Shown: in pieces, positions 48,825-58,730 of the stretch | Position numbering within the stretch: position 1 is the stretch's first letter | Layout of the letters: each line of letters opens with the position of its first letter | Assembly: GCA_965248205.1 (NCBI GenBank) | Contig: CBDFIS010000006.1 | Span: forward strand, 258,492-322,491 | Direction of reading: 5' to 3' | DNA: 64,000 nt | Source: Bryobacterales bacterium | GTDB taxonomy: Bacteria; Acidobacteriota; Terriglobia; Bryobacterales; UBA6623 | Notes under the pieces: model-generated | What the model was told of the DNA's origin: nothing | The model's database searches: none | Seen by the model: only the letters and a program-made list of their open reading frames with translations | Program-made: the position numbers and the translations under genes

Positions 48825-51626
48825 TTATCGGGCTGGTGCTTCCGTTGACGGGGTGACGGCCCGATAGTGGCCCCGCTTTCTCGCAAACCATTTCTGCGCC
48901 TCGTATCCCCAGAAGACGACCGTACTGAGCGCTAGAGTAACAATCAGGTCTCGCGCCGAGAGAGCTGCCGTTTCAAAGATGGCCTGCATGAACGGCAAAT
49001 AGACCACACCGAGGTGCAGCAGCGTGGACAGCCCTACGGCGGCAAGCAGTGCTTTGTTCGTCAACAGGCCGATCGTGAACAGCGATGCCCGCTCGGAACG
49101 GATGGTCATCGCGAGTGACATCTGGGAGAAGGTGAGTGTCGTGAACAGGATCGTTTGCCACTTAGCTTCACCGGCTTGCCAATAGAGGTAACCGACACCG
49201 AGTGAAGCCAGCCCCATGAGGATGCCGAGCCAAATAATGTCCCGGACCCCGTGCCGACCAAAGATCCCCTCACCGGGCGGATGGGGGGCACGCTGCATAA
49301 TATCTTTTTCGGCCGGCTCCACTCCGAGGGCCAGAGCCGGCAGGCCGTCTGTGACCAGATTCATCCAGAGGATCTGGATTGGTAGGAGGGGGAGAGGCAT
49401 TCCCATTAACGGCCCCGCCAGCATGACCCAAAGCTCGCCGGAGTTGCAGGAGAGCAAGTACTTGATGAACTTGCGGATGTTGTCGAAGATAACGCGCCCC
49501 TGCTCGACGGCTGCCACAATAGTGGCGAAGTTATCGTCCTGCAATACCATGTCGGAGGCTTCTTTGGAGACGTCAGTGCCGGTGATCCCCATTGCCACGC
49601 CGATGTCGGCCTTCTTTAGAGCCGGAGCGTCGTTGACCCCATCGCCCGTCATGGCCACAATGTGCCCTCGGTTTTGCAGCGCCTCGACGATTTTGAGCTT
49701 GTGCTCCGGAGAGACCCGGGCGTACACTGTCGCACTTTCGGCGACGTCCTCCAGTTCTTCAACCGACAGCTTGTCCAGATCCTGACCGGTCAGGAATTTG
49801 CCGTTGGTGGTCATTTCAAGCTGTCGAGCGATGTGGTGGGCTGTCAACGGATGGTCGCCTGTGATCATCAAGGCCCGGAGCCCGGCGACCCGGCAGGTGG
49901 CAACCGCCTCCTTCACTTCGGGCCGTGGCGGATCGATCATTCCTACAAGGCCGACAAAGACGAGTTGTCTTTCAAGTGTCTTCTCCCCTTGATTCCCTGC
50001 AAATGTTTCAAGTGGCCGAATTGCCACGCCCAAAACGCGCAAGCCCTCCCGCGCCAGTTGGTCGTTCCCGTCCAGAATCTGTTGGCGCCACGCCTCATCC
50101 ATCGGAACTGGATTACCGCCCGTCCAAACGCCGGTGGAAACTTGCAACAGGCCATCCATGGCGCCTTTCGTCACGGCTAGATGGGTAGCCGATGCCATCG
50201 ATCGGTGATCCCTGAAGGTGGCTGCCAACTCTGGAGGGACAAGACGCCAGTCAGTAGGGAGGCGGTGGACCGTCGTCATGCGCTTCCGTTCCGAATCGAA
50301 GGGAATCTCGTCAACACGTGGGAAGATTCGTTCGAGATCAGTGCTGACAAGCCCCTCACGGGCGGCTGCAAGGATCAGTGCGCCTTCGGTCGGGTCCCCG
50401 ATTGCCCGATAAGGATTGTCGGGCTCATCATTCACCTCCAAGACCGCGTCGTTGCAGAGGGCGCCAGCTGTAAGCACCAGTGCTTTCTCAGGCCCGGCGA
50501 TCGCTGCGGCTTCTGCCCGTTCTAAAGAAGCATCGCGAACCGGACTCAGGTCGGTCCGCCCGTCGGCCGTCTGCAGCGCTGTAACGGTCATCTTGTTCTG
50601 GGTCAAGGTACCCGTTTTGTCGGAGCAGATGACAGTCACTGAGCCGAGCGTCTCGACGGCGGGCAGCTTGCGAATGAGCGCGCGCCGCTTCAACATTCGT
50701 TGCGCACCCAAGGCAAGCACGATGGTCACGACGGCAGGCAGCCCTTCGGGAACCGCCGCAACCGCGAGGCTGACGGCCGTCAGAAACATTAAGTGGAGGT
50801 CTTCACCGCGCAGCACGCCGAAGAGGAAGATCACGGCCACGATTCCCACCGCGACCATTACCAGCACTTTCCCGAGTTGGTCCAAGCGGCGCTGTAGGGG
50901 TGTCGGCTCCTGCTCGACGGTTTGGAGCAAGTCTGCAATGCGGCCCAATTCGGTTTGCATGCCGGTTGCGGTGATCACCGCCAAGGCACGGCCGTACGTC
51001 ACCGTCGTACCCATGTAGGCCATGTTGCGTCGGTCGCCTAAAGCTAGGCTAGCCTCATATACGAGCTGTGCATCTTTTTCGGCGGGTTCCGATTCCCCCG
51101 TTAGCGCAGCTTCCTCGATTCGCAGATTCGCGCTCTCGATCAGTCGCCCATCGGAGGGCACAAGATTGCCTGCTTCGAGCAAGACGATATCCCCTGGTAC
51201 CAGGTCGCGCGAGGAGATTTCACGCAGATGCGAGTCCCGTCGAACCTTAACCTTGGGCACCGCCATGCGTTTTAGGGCGGCCATGGCTTGTTCGGCCCGG
51301 TATTCCTCCCGCACACCCAGAAAAGCGTTTAGGATAACGATGACTAAGATCGCTATCGCATCCTTGTAGTCTCCCAGGGCAGCGGAAAGGGCCGAAGCCA
51401 CGATGAGAACCACCACGAGGACCGCCGTGAGCTGCTCCCAGAGGATCAACCATCGGCTCTTGGGTGGCTTTTCAACGAGAGCGTTCTCCCCGTATTGGGC
51501 GAGACGGGCCTTGGCTTCCTCGCCGGACAGGCCTTGGTCTGGATTGGTTTCTAACCGCGACAGTACTTCGGTCGAATCGAGTTGATACCAGTTACTCACG
51601 GTCGACTCCAATGAATCCTCCTTCAC
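48825..51626 (-). CDS. Cation-transporting P-type ATPase (P2-type, Ca2+/Mg2+-like)
   Basis: DKTGTLT phosphorylation site, TGDGVNDAPAL, and PEGLPAV in TM4. N-terminal cation-ATPase domain. Confidence 0.9.
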   Translation of the reverse strand: MKEDSLESTVSNWYQLDSTEVLSRLETNPDQGLSGEEAKARLAQYGENALVEKPPKSRWLILWEQLTAVLVVVLIVASALSAALGDYKDAIAILVIVILNAFLGVREEYRAEQAMAALKRMAVPKVKVRRDSHLREISSRDLVPGDIVLLEAGNLVPSDGRLIESANLRIEEAALTGESEPAEKDAQLVYEASLALGDRRNMAYMGTTVTYGRALAVITATGMQTELGRIADLLQTVEQEPTPLQRRLDQLGKVLVMVAVGIVAVIFLFGVLRGEDLHLMFLTAVSLAVAAVPEGLPAVVTIVLALGAQRMLKRRALIRKLPAVETLGSVTVICSDKTGTLTQNKMTVTALQTADGRTDLSPVRDASLERAEAAAIAGPEKALVLTAGALCNDAVLEVNDEPDNPYRAIGDPTEGALILAAAREGLVSTDLERIFPRVDEIPFDSERKRMTTVHRLPTDWRLVPPELAATFRDHRSMASATHLAVTKGAMDGLLQVSTGVWTGGNPVPMDEAWRQQILDGNDQLAREGLRVLGVAIRPLETFAGNQGEKTLERQLVFVGLVGMIDPPRPEVKEAVATCRVAGLRALMITGDHPLTAHHIARQLEMTTNGKFLTGQDLDKLSVEELEDVAESATVYARVSPEHKLKIVEALQNRGHIVAMTGDGVNDAPALKKADIGVAMGITGTDVSKEASDMVLQDDNFATIVAAVEQGRVIFDNIRKFIKYLLSCNSGELWVMLAGPLMGMPLPLLPIQILWMNLVTDGLPALALGVEPAEKDIMQRAPHPPGEGIFGRHGVRDIIWLGILMGLASLGVGYLYWQAGEAKWQTILFTTLTFSQMSLAMTIRSERASLFTIGLLTNKALLAAVGLSTLLHLGVVYLPFMQAIFETAALSARDLIVTLALSTVVFWGYEAQKWFARKRGHYRAVTPSTEAPAR

Positions 51627-51641
51627 GGCCTAGCTCGGCTT

Positions 51642-52076
51642 CTACCGTATCCGTTCGACGAAAGCTTCGTACGAGCCCGGTGAGGCCTTGTTCAGCCACT
51701 CGCCGTAGGCCTTGCCGACGGTCTCCAGGTTCTTCCAGGCTGTGGGTTCCTTCCGTGCTTCCCGCATTTCGGGAAGGAAGGCGCTAACCCTTACCCAGGT
51801 GAGCAGTAGTTCGCGCCCGCTTTCGAAAAAGATCTCCCGCTGGAGCACGCCGGTGGCGATGAACGAAGCCACCATATCCCAGTAGCTCACCACCATCCGA
51901 AAATAGGCGCTTTCGTCCGACCCCAGTGGACACAACTCGTTCACCTCCTCCCAGCTCTTGGGATGAAACGAGGCTGCGAACCACTGCCGGGCCTGGCGCA
52001 TCTTTTCTTCGCGCCTCAGCTCGTAGAGTCTCAGGATCAAGTTGACATCGTCGTACGTCGCACAATTTGTGGGCAT
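51642..52076 (-). CDS. Hypothetical cytoplasmic protein, probably co-transcribed with the ATPase
   Basis: 144-aa ORF with GGGGGA about 8 nt upstream. Its stop is 15 nt before the ATPase start. No family recognised. Confidence 0.55.
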   Translation of the reverse strand: MPTNCATYDDVNLILRLYELRREEKMRQARQWFAASFHPKSWEEVNELCPLGSDESAYFRMVVSYWDMVASFIATGVLQREIFFESGRELLLTWVRVSAFLPEMREARKEPTAWKNLETVGKAYGEWLNKASPGSYEAFVERIR

Positions 52077-52178
52077 TGGTTGGTCCCCCTGGCGCGTCTG
52101 ATTCGGGGTGCGCTGATCGCCCCCCGGAAGTAACTGTTATACTCGTTTTTCTGATTTCGCGCCAGTAGAGACACCCGT

Positions 52179-52472
52179 ATGGCTGAAGAAGAAACCGCTG
52201 AGGCAGCGGAAGAAACCCCCGATCCGAATCTCGTCTCGACACTCTCTGATGGGACGAAAGTGAAAAGGCGCATCCCGCGCCAAAGGGCCTGCAACAACCC
52301 GGGCAAGAACAACAAGATCTGCCGGGGACATCTTAAGCGCTGGTACGAGTTTGGCGACGAAGTCGGGCAGCAGTTTGGCCCCCAGCCGGAAGTCTACCGC
52401 TGCGAAAGGTGCCAGACGCTCTATTTGCCTAACGAGGAAGAGGCGGCGCGCACCGGAACTCTAGCTTTTTGA
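52179..52472 (+). CDS. Small acidic/zinc-ribbon protein (hypothetical)
   Basis: Four Cys (C..C...CERC) after an acidic N-terminus. Weak RBS. Confidence 0.45.
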   Translation: MAEEETAEAAEETPDPNLVSTLSDGTKVKRRIPRQRACNNPGKNNKICRGHLKRWYEFGDEVGQQFGPQPEVYRCERCQTLYLPNEEEAARTGTLAF

Positions 52473-53658
52473 GTTTCGGCCCGGTGTACGATCTCGGTAG
52501 GGACCCTAGGGTCGCGATCGAACACCGGGGCCGTTGAGCGCTGGAGATATCGGCTCTGCGAACGGTACGACCTCAGGGGCGGATGGGAGTGCCCGCTCTT
52601 ACTTCCCGGTCCCGTCCGCGTCTGATATCTTGACCGGAAAGCCATCCGCCACCTCAGGGGATCCACGATTCGCAAGGAGTGACTTCCTAAAAAGGACCCT
52701 CCGCCGAATCCAGCGCAAGCGCGGCGCCCGCCATCCTTACCTGTGGTTGAAGCTCGAGCAAGCACCTGCGTTGGCCGGCAAGCGCCCCGCCAACGCCGAA
52801 TCCAGCAGAGGGGAGGTTTGAAGAGGTGTAGTGGCTCACCCATTCTCGTTACTGGTTTGCACTTCCGTACCCAAACGGTTGGGGGAAACAAGCATTTCCT
52901 GAATCAATGACTTAGTGATCGCACCGGAGCGCCTCGCGTGTCGCCGAGCAGGTATGCTGTGTCACGATGACCCGTCAGGTTTCCTCCGGTCATCCAGTGC
53001 GGGACGGAACCTTGACGGCGTTCGACCCTTGCAGCAGCCGCCAGTTGACTTTTCACGTCGGGCGGGGTAAGTTCACGTCGGAAGTCAGCTACCCTTACCC
53101 CTGAGGGAGTAGCCGCGAGAGCTTCCTCTCACAAGCAAGGTCCACCGCCGATGACCCCACCGCAAACCGATTCTCCGCTGGCCAGGCTCGAACAGGAAAA
53201 CAAGCGCCTGGGCCGGGCCGTCGAGGAGTTGTCTATCCTCAACGAAGTCGCTTCGGCTGTTACATCGACGTCCTCACTGGACGCCATCGTGGACTTGATC
53301 GTAGAGAAGTGCGTCAAGCACTTAGCGGTCGAACAGGGGGCCGTATTGCTCCTCGATCGTCAGGAACCGACGGCCCCGCTTCGAACGTTGGTCCGGCGCG
53401 TCGACTCCGAATTCGGAACGATCCCGTACCGGCTGGGAGATCAGCTGACCGGGTGGATGCTCAAGCATCAGGCGCCGCTGCTGATCAACGATCTTGCCGG
53501 CGACGGACGCTTCCGCGTAGGCGGCTCGGACAAGCCCTTTCACTCACTGATGTGTGTCCCCCTCAGCCTGAAAAAGCAGCTGATAGGTGTGCTCACCGTC
53601 TTCAATAGACGGGCTGCCGACGGTTTTACGGAAAGCGACCAGCGATTGTTATCGATCA

Positions 53659-54985
53659 CTGCTGTCCGGTTAAAAGTCGAATAGAATCAATTGGTTGGGG
53701 TCATAGGGGGATTCGTTTGGGGAGTCGGATGGCTGGAGTGCCTGTAAAAGGGGCATTTTTTCGAATTGCGTAACGCTGAGAATCTGTAGAATCTGGTAAA
53801 GACTCGCTTCCAGCCCGAGGCGTTTCCGGACGATGGCGATGAGCACGTAAATCGAGACAGCGATCCAGATCTGCGTCTTGACGGCGTTCTCGCTGGTGCC
53901 GTAAAACGAGTTGATTCGCAGATGTTGCTTGATCCACTTGAAGAACAACTCAATCTGCCAACGCGACTTGTAGATGTGGGCGATGGTCAGCGCCGGGAGC
54001 GCGAAGTTGTTGGTCAGAAACTTCAGCCGCTTGTTCGTCCGGGCGTCGAAGTAACTGACCCTCCGCAACGGGTCGGGATAGGCTTGGGCCGATTCGATGG
54101 CAGCCAGTATGACGGTCTGATCCGAGCGCAAGCCCGTGGATTTGTCGACGGGATGCGAGTAGCGCCGTTGGAGCAAGATGTTCTTCTTGGTTCGCACGAC
54201 GAAGAACGACGAGCAGAGAGTGAACACGAAGAGGCGTTCGAAATCGACGTAGGCCCGATCCATGACGTAGAACGCGCCGGCCTCCGGGCCGATCTCGTCG
54301 AGGATGTTGATGTCGTGCACTTTGCCTCCAGTAATGCGGATGAACGTGGGAATATTGCCGTGCAGATCCAGCAGCGTGTGCATCTTCACGGCGGCTTTTT
54401 GCTTGCGGAATCTCGCCCACGGAAACAGCGACAGGCAGAGGTCGATTGTTGTCGAGTCGAGAGCGTACAGAGTCTGGTCCAAGTCCACACCGATCGGGTC
54501 GTGGGCATATAACGGCCGTGCCATGCCAATCAAGACCTGCGCGAAGTCCGCGTAGATCCGCCAGTCGCGCGACTCGTTCGCGTCGGCCAGTGTCGAGCGC
54601 GCTACCCTGCCGCGGAATCCCATGTGGTAGAGTTTGCCGTGCATCGAACGCAGGCACGTCTCGATGTCGCGGAGGCTTGCCCGATAGGTCAGCTGGGCGA
54701 ATGCCATCGCAAGAAACTGATCCCAGCAGGAGAAACTTTTCAGATAGGAATCGCCGCGGTAGCGCGATACACATTTCTGAAACTCTTTGCTCGGTAGGTG
54801 CTCGATCAGTTGGGAGAAAACCGTACGGCCAAGGTTCATCCCTCATTGTGCCGCGTCCGGATGCTCCGTTCAGGCGACCATTTGCGGCCTCGGGATTTCA
54901 AATCGTTCCCGGGCAAAACAGGCCATAAGACATTGAACGGTCGAGACTTACCGTCCGATGGCGCGACTTTCCCCGGACAGCACTG
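53659..54985 (-). mobile_element. IS4-family insertion sequence (1327 bp)
   Basis: Terminal inverted repeats CTGCTGTCCGGTTAAAAGTCG and, as the reverse complement of the right end, CAGTGCTGTCCGGGGAAAGTCG. 11-bp direct duplication GTTATCGATCA at 53648-53658 and 54986-54996. Confidence 0.85.
53670..54839 (-). CDS. IS4 family transposase (DUF4372 N-terminus + DDE)
   Basis: N-terminus MNLGRTVFSQLIEHLPSKEFQKCVSRYRGDSYLKSFSCWDQFLAMAFAQLTYRASLRDIE and C-terminus YKSRWQIELFFKWIKQHL, typical of this IS4 subgroup. Confidence 0.9.
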   Translation of the reverse strand: MNLGRTVFSQLIEHLPSKEFQKCVSRYRGDSYLKSFSCWDQFLAMAFAQLTYRASLRDIETCLRSMHGKLYHMGFRGRVARSTLADANESRDWRIYADFAQVLIGMARPLYAHDPIGVDLDQTLYALDSTTIDLCLSLFPWARFRKQKAAVKMHTLLDLHGNIPTFIRITGGKVHDINILDEIGPEAGAFYVMDRAYVDFERLFVFTLCSSFFVVRTKKNILLQRRYSHPVDKSTGLRSDQTVILAAIESAQAYPDPLRRVSYFDARTNKRLKFLTNNFALPALTIAHIYKSRWQIELFFKWIKQHLRINSFYGTSENAVKTQIWIAVSIYVLIAIVRKRLGLEASLYQILQILSVTQFEKMPLLQALQPSDSPNESPYDPNQLILFDF

Positions 54986-56154
54986 GTTATCGATCATCGC
55001 CGCTCAATCCGCCCAGGTCATCGAAAACGCCCGCCTCTATGAGGAAGAGCAAGCGCTCCGCGAAATGCGGCGCGACCTGGAGGTGGCTCGCAACATTCAG
55101 ATGAAGCTGTTGCCCAAGTCCGCTCCGGAGATCGCCGGCTTCGATATCGCCGGCAAGACCGTCCCGGCACAGAACGTTGGTGGCGACTATTTCGACTTCC
55201 TTCCGGCCGGAGAGCAGCGGTTTGCGATCTGCCTAGGGGACGTTGTGGGTAAGGGAATGCCGGCGGCTCTGCTCATGGCCAACGTCCAGGCCACGATTCG
55301 CGGACAAAACTTGCTGCGGCCCTCGGCCAGAGAATGCTTGGCTCGCTCCAATCGCTTGCTTTACGAAAGTACGGATTCCGACAAATTCGTCACCTTGTTC
55401 TATGGCATTCTCGATCCGAGCCGGCGACAACTGCAATACTCGAACGCCGGGCACAATCCGCCGATGTTGATTTCCGCGAACGCCGGACTTCAACGCTTGA
55501 CGACGGGCGGGCCCGTGCTCGGTATGCTTCCGGAGTTCGCGTTTGAAGAAGCAACTGTGTCGCTTGATCCGGGCGACTTGCTGGTGATTTTTTCCGACGG
55601 TTTCTCCGAAGCAATGGATTCGCAGCTCGAAGAGTTTGGCGAGGAGAAACTTTTGGATTTAGCCCGCCAACACCGCGAAGCCACCGCAGCCGCTGTGATC
55701 GACGCGGTGTCCGATGCCGTCTCGTTACATGTAGGGGAAGCGCCTCAGCACGATGACATGACGATGGTAGTGGTCCAGGCCTTGCGGTCTGGGTGACCCG
55801 GACCCCGGGTTGTCCCCAGCCCCAGCGCGGGATCGCCGCAGTTCTACGCCAGCCGCCTTGCGGCTCGTAGGACCGGTCCAGACGGCGTCCCGGGGTCGAT
55901 CTCGATGGATCAGCTGCCCATTGACGAAGGAAGACCTGGCGTGTTTCGCAGGTTGTTGACAAGCACGAGTACTTATCCCACCTGGCACGCGGCACCTTTC
56001 CGGCCAGCAGGATTTTCGGCCGCTACTCTCAGTTGTCTCGATTTCTCGGCCTGCAAGTTCTTCACTCTAGGCAAACATTCGACTTGACCGGCGCTGCAGG
56101 CCGCGGCTAGCGACTAAGCTGACGCCCGCTCATCAGACGGGATACGATACGTTG

Positions 56155-57384
56155 ATGGCCCAGCGTCTGGCTCCTCTGCGCCCTGAGCTCGACATCATGC
56201 CCTCGCCGGTTACCGATCAGCCGGGGCTGCTCATTCGCGATCCGTTTCACTACAGCGACGCTACGATCATCGTTCCTCCTCTACTAGCCAAAAGCCTTGT
56301 CTTTTTCGACGGAGAGCACTCGGATCTCGACCTGCAGGAGTTCCTCACGCGCGCGAGCGGCGACTTGCGGGTCATGGAAGCTGCCCGGAACCTCATCGAC
56401 ACCATGACCGAATGCGGCTTCCTTGATTCGAAAGAATTTCACGAAATGCGGGGTCAAAAGCAACGCGAGTTTGCCGAGGCCCGTGTCCGCCAACCTGTCC
56501 ACGCCGGGACGGCCTACCCTTCGGGAGCCGATGCCTTGCGAGAGAAGCTAAGCGATTACGGAGCGGCAACCGGGCCGAACTCCGGAGCTCCCGACTCGCT
56601 GGTCGCGCTGGCCGCACCCCACGTCAGCCCCGAAGGGGGTTTTCGAAGTTACGCCGCCGCCTACCGACGCCTAAGTCCTCAATACGCTGACAGGACGTTC
56701 GTGATCCTGGGCACCTCTCACTACGGGCAGCCGGAAAAGTTCGGCCTTACGCGCAAACCTTTCGTCACGCCGCTCGGCACTATCCAAACAGACAATACGC
56801 TGGTCGATTGGCTTGCTGCCGAAGCCCCAGAGTCGATCACAATGGAAGACTACTGCCATGCCACCGAGCACTCGATCGAGTTCCAGTGCGTGTTTCTGCA
56901 GCAGGCACTCGGCGGCAGCGATTTCAAGATTGTGCCGATCTTGTGCGGTCCGCTCGCCGAGAGCTTGTTGACTGGCAAAGCACCTCAGGCAAATGATTCA
57001 GTGAGACGGTTCTTCGAAGCGCTCGGCGAGTTAGGTGAAAAGCACCGGAAACAGGTGATCTGGATCCTCGAGATCGACTTGGCCCATATCGGCCGCCGCT
57101 ATGGCGACCCCTTCCCCGCTCTGGCCGAGCAAGGGTCGATGCAGCAGGTCCGCTCGCGCGATGAGGCCCGCCTGAAGCATGTTTGTGAAGCCGATGCGGA
57201 AGGCTTTTTCGAACTGGTCCATCCCAACCAAGATGAGTTGCGCTGGTGCGGCTACTCGCCGGTCTACACTTTTCTGCAATCTGTCCAAGGGGTTCGAGGC
57301 AGGGTTCTCAAGTACGAACAGTGGAACATCGACCAGCAGTCGGTCGTGAGCTTCGCTGGGATTGAGTTCGTGGAGGCCGAGTAA
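56155..57384 (+). CDS. MEMO1-family (AmmeMemoRadiSam system protein B-like) protein with an N-terminal extension of about 115 aa
   Basis: The MEMO core starts at ..VRQPVHAGTAYP.., followed by AAPHVSPEGG and FVILGTSHYG. The preceding 115 aa are not part of the usual family architecture. Confidence 0.75.
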   Translation: MAQRLAPLRPELDIMPSPVTDQPGLLIRDPFHYSDATIIVPPLLAKSLVFFDGEHSDLDLQEFLTRASGDLRVMEAARNLIDTMTECGFLDSKEFHEMRGQKQREFAEARVRQPVHAGTAYPSGADALREKLSDYGAATGPNSGAPDSLVALAAPHVSPEGGFRSYAAAYRRLSPQYADRTFVILGTSHYGQPEKFGLTRKPFVTPLGTIQTDNTLVDWLAAEAPESITMEDYCHATEHSIEFQCVFLQQALGGSDFKIVPILCGPLAESLLTGKAPQANDSVRRFFEALGELGEKHRKQVIWILEIDLAHIGRRYGDPFPALAEQGSMQQVRSRDEARLKHVCEADAEGFFELVHPNQDELRWCGYSPVYTFLQSVQGVRGRVLKYEQWNIDQQSVVSFAGIEFVEAE

Positions 57385-57604
57385 GGGACAGCAGGCGGGG
57401 ACGACATGCTGTGGCCGGCGACCGGAGGTCGCCGCTGCGGGCCGTGCCCGCCGCAAGTATCGTTCCGCCAAAAAGCTCCTTCCACACAGGAATTGGCCCC
57501 TCATGGTTGAAGCCAGACCCCCGATCGCGGAATAATGGAACTCTCACCAGCCGCTAAGCTTATCGGTGTCTCAGGTCGAAGGTTTTCCAAACAGGAGGAT
57601 TTCA

Positions 57605-58291
57605 GTGACTCCCCAAACTGCACATGCCGCTTTGAAGGCGATTGACGCCCGGATTGCCGCGCGAAGTCTACTGCTGCACCCTTTCTACCAAAGCTGGGTC
57701 GAAGGTACTCTGCCGATGCCGGCGCTCCGCGATTACGCCAAGCAGTATTACCGGCACGTAGAGGCTTTTCCGGCCTATCTCTCCAGCGTACACTCGCACA
57801 CGGAGGACGCCGAGACGCGCCGCCACGTCCTTGCGAACCTGATCGACGAGGAAGCCGGTCATCCGAACCACCCCGAGCTTTGGCTGCGGTTTGCCGAAGG
57901 CATCGGTGTTGATCGTGAGGAAGTCGCCAACGCCAAGCCTTGGGAAGAAACGGAAGCCTTGGTCCGCAAGTTCCGATCGATTTGCCGCAACCGCGGCACG
58001 ACGGAAGGTCTCGCGGCCCTCTATGCTTACGAAAGCCAGATTCCCGATGTCGCCGAATCAAAGATCGCTGGCCTGAAGAAGTTCTACGGTGTGACGGAAC
58101 CGAGGACGCTCTCCTATTTCGAGGTTCACATCAAAGCCGACCGTGAACACGCAGCGGTCGAGCGCAAGCTTCTCGAGTCCCACCTAAGCGAAGAAAACGC
58201 CTCCGCGGCTACCGAGGCAGCCGATGAGGTGCTCGATGCTCTTTGGGAAGCTCTCTCGGGCGTTTGCCGGCGGCACGAACTTCCCTGCTGA
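57605..58291 (+). CDS. CADD/PqqC-like haem-oxygenase-like di-iron protein
   Basis: HPFYQSW, YAKQYYRHVEAFPAYLS, LIDEEAGHPNHPELWLRFAEG and FEVHIKADREH match the CADD (TenA/PqqC-like) family. GTG 57605 follows AGGAGGA. The ORF is open from 57566. Confidence 0.75.
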   Translation: MTPQTAHAALKAIDARIAARSLLLHPFYQSWVEGTLPMPALRDYAKQYYRHVEAFPAYLSSVHSHTEDAETRRHVLANLIDEEAGHPNHPELWLRFAEGIGVDREEVANAKPWEETEALVRKFRSICRNRGTTEGLAALYAYESQIPDVAESKIAGLKKFYGVTEPRTLSYFEVHIKADREHAAVERKLLESHLSEENASAATEAADEVLDALWEALSGVCRRHELPC

Positions 58292-58730
58292 AAATATCGT
58301 CGAAGTTGTTCGATGCACACTCTAATGGTGCAACCTTTCCACGAAGCGCTGACGGCCGAATAGCCATTCGTATCGACAAGCAGGATTGCTTGTCCCACCC
58401 CGCGTTGTACAACGGACCCTCCTAGACCGCCGGCTATCGCCGATTCTTCCCTAAGTCGCCTTTTGCCAGGACGCAAGGTTGGGGTATCCTTGTTAGGTTT
58501 CGCAAAATGTGGTGACGAGATCGGTCTTGGGCGGAGCAGTCCGCGTTCACAACGCGGGCCAGCGAACACGCTCGCTTGTACGGGAACGACATGTCGCGCC
58601 CTTTCCAGCATCCCGAGTTTTCGACTCGAGTCAGCTACTGTATCTTGCGAACATTCTTAGGCTGCGCGGGCTGAGACGTGGGTCAGATCGCACGGCCTCG
58701 GAGCCGGACGTCTTGACGGAAGGAACAACA

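Larger units (their letters stand above)
53151..55796 (+). pseudogene. GAF-domain PP2C (SpoIIE/RsbU-type) phosphatase gene interrupted by an IS4-family element
   Basis: The 5' part, 53151-53658, encodes a coiled coil plus a GAF domain. The 3' part, 54997-55796, encodes a SpoIIE/PP2C domain (VGGDYFDF, GDVVGKGMPAAL, DGFSEA, DDMTMVV). Joining them after removing the IS and one copy of the duplication restores ..DQRLLSIIAAQSAQ.. in frame (1308 nt). Confidence 0.85.

Noticed and set aside
55975-56000. A sigma54-like element (CTGGCACGCGGCACCTTTCC) upstream of the MEMO-like gene.
   Set aside because: The -12 element does not match TTGC at the required spacing from the GG.
57406-57510. A 34-aa ORF (MLWPATGGRRCGPCPPQVSFRQKAPSTQELAPHG) between the MEMO-like and CADD-like genes, considered as a possible precursor peptide.
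   Set aside because: Weak RBS, no leader/core features and no evidence of conservation. An ORF of this length is expected by chance in GC-rich DNA.
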